A DNA stretch of 47,781 nt from Octopus bimaculoides (taxonomy: Eukaryota): the NCBI RefSeq assembly GCF_001194135.2, contig NC_068986.1, positions 50,134,188-50,181,968 of the forward strand, in the 5' to 3' direction. Below are positions 46,661 to 47,781 of the stretch, piece by piece. Each line of letters begins with the position of its first letter. The first letter of the stretch is position 1. Below the pieces are notes generated by a model. That model saw only the letters and a list, made by a program, of their open reading frames with translations. It was not told the DNA's origin and did not search any database. Both the position numbers and the translations under genes were made by a program.

Positions 46661-46883
46661 TAGTGTTTTTTTCGGCTTACAAGTCGAATTTTTCAGACCA
46701 AAATTTACATCTTAACGTCCCCAACCCCGACCTCGACGGTAGGTCGACTTATTCATCAAGATAACTTTAGAAGACAAATTCCATGCGAAATGCAGCAGGT
46801 TTTGCAAAGATAGTGACGATGTTTGAATGTTTACATGTTTACACTATGTACAGCGTCGACTTGTACGCCGAAAAACACGGTCA
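46661..46883. mobile_element. pogo/Tc1-like MITE
   Basis: Left gtgtttttttcggcttacaagtcga; right reverse complement ccgtgtttttcggcgtacaagtcgac. Confidence 0.7.
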
Positions 46884-47315
46884 TCTGTTCACTTACTGGA
46901 TGTCCTTGACATATTCTTGACTGTTCTTTTGATTTCCGTCGCTTCTCCCTTTGATAGGCTTCACCGTTCACTTCGATATGTATATAAGCATATTACTGCT
47001 CACTGAAAGTTCCTAGCATTTTAGATTATCCTTGATCCCCTCAATAGGATGTACTTAAGTGTTGATTTAGGAACTCCTTATCGCCAAAAACCTGCTCAGC
47101 CAGAGAGAGAGACCTGATATCTCCCACCATGATTTTGACGTCCTCGATCACAGAATCATTCTGTGGAGAAGCATGCTGACTGTCGGTGTTAAAACTTACT
47201 TGACCACTAAATTGACTGGTCACTGACTGATTCACTTTAGTTGTACAGGTGAACACTATCGGGTGGACAGTCAAAGGCACAAACCACCTGAAAATTTTGT
47301 CTATATGTTAGATAT

Positions 47316-47395
47316 TTCTTCACGCCTATCACTGTTTGTGACTGTTCTTCCACAGTTGAATTAGAACAGTCACAAACAGTGATAGGCGTGAAGAA
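47316..47395. repeat. Perfect 33-bp inverted repeat, 14-nt loop
   Basis: 47316-47348 is the exact reverse complement of 47363-47395. Confidence 0.97.
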
Positions 47396-47780
47396 GACAA
47401 AGATTAAGTGGCCGAAAGCAAATGACGCAGCAAGTTATAAAAAATTCGACAACGAGGTATCAAGAATAACTACCAAATTCAAAGGCGACGACGAACAAAA
47501 GCTCGAGAACCTGGCTTATACAATCTACCAGGAAGGAGAGAAAAGATTTGGACTGGAAACAACAGGAAAGGTAGAATCACCGGCAAAGAGCGGACCATCG
47601 AGGAGAGAAAGACGGATTGCAAAGATTCGAGAAGAGAAGAAAAAACTCAGAACCAGATGGAGGGATGCAAAGGAGGAGGAAAGCGAAGGGCTAAAGCAGC
47701 TATATGAAGAGATAAAAAAGAGGCATCGAGAACTACTGAGAAAAGAAAGAAGGAAGAACAGAAGAAAGGAGAGAGAAAAG
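47349..47780 (+). CDS. Partial retrotransposon ORF (pre-RT basic helical region); no start or stop in window
   Basis: Manual translation STVELEQSQTVIGVKKTKIKWPKANDAASYKKFDNEVSRITTKFKGDDEQKLENLAYTIYQEGEKRFGLETTGKVESPAKSGPSRRERRIAKIREEKKKLRTRWRDAKEEESEGLKQLYEEIKKRHRELLRKERRKNRRKEREK; frame open from 47292; absent from the ORF track because it lacks a stop. Confidence 0.75.
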
Positions 47781-47781
47781 A
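47349..47781 (+). mobile_element. 5'-truncated HERO-like (RLE-type) non-LTR retrotransposon, continues beyond window
   Basis: Stop-free frame whose motif spacing IKWP..FD..KL..IY.EG..RFG..SRR..I..IR.E...L..RW..A...E.EGL..L matches the pre-RT region of HERO-type ORFs as I recall it. Confidence 0.7.

Overview
Eukaryotic, AT-rich, repeat-saturated genomic DNA from a gapped short-read assembly. There are ten N-runs: 1716-2562, 6520-6529, 7142-7913, 20414-21117, 21938-22106, 22716-22725, 26731-27107, 34511-34601, 37879-37978 and 45935-46008. The tRNA-derived SINE families and microsatellite load look like an Octopus (coleoid cephalopod) genome; this is recognition from memory, not a search. Family labels A, A2, A3, B, B2, C, D and E are my own working names, and most repeat boundaries are approximate (about +/-10 nt). 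No host protein-coding gene could be identified, and nearly all ORFs in the supplied track are microsatellite, SINE or N-gap artefacts. Recognisable protein sequence is limited to a decayed hAT transposase (about 30070-31320, minus) and an intact partial ORF of a HERO-like non-LTR retrotransposon running off the right edge (47349-47781, plus). The most notable signals are: (1) a candidate recursive splice site (AG|GTAAGT) with an RS-exon-like downstream donor at 36480-36601; (2) a minimal hammerhead ribozyme motif in a Penelope-like remnant at 34159-34193; (3) a perfect 33-bp fold-back at the 5' junction of the HERO-like copy; (4) three further local inverted duplications; (5) modular head/body/tail swapping among SINEs; (6) head-to-tail SINE arrays joined by trinucleotide tails; (7) a TIR element with a 6-7 bp target duplication. 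I do not see convincing evidence of a wholly new biological system here.
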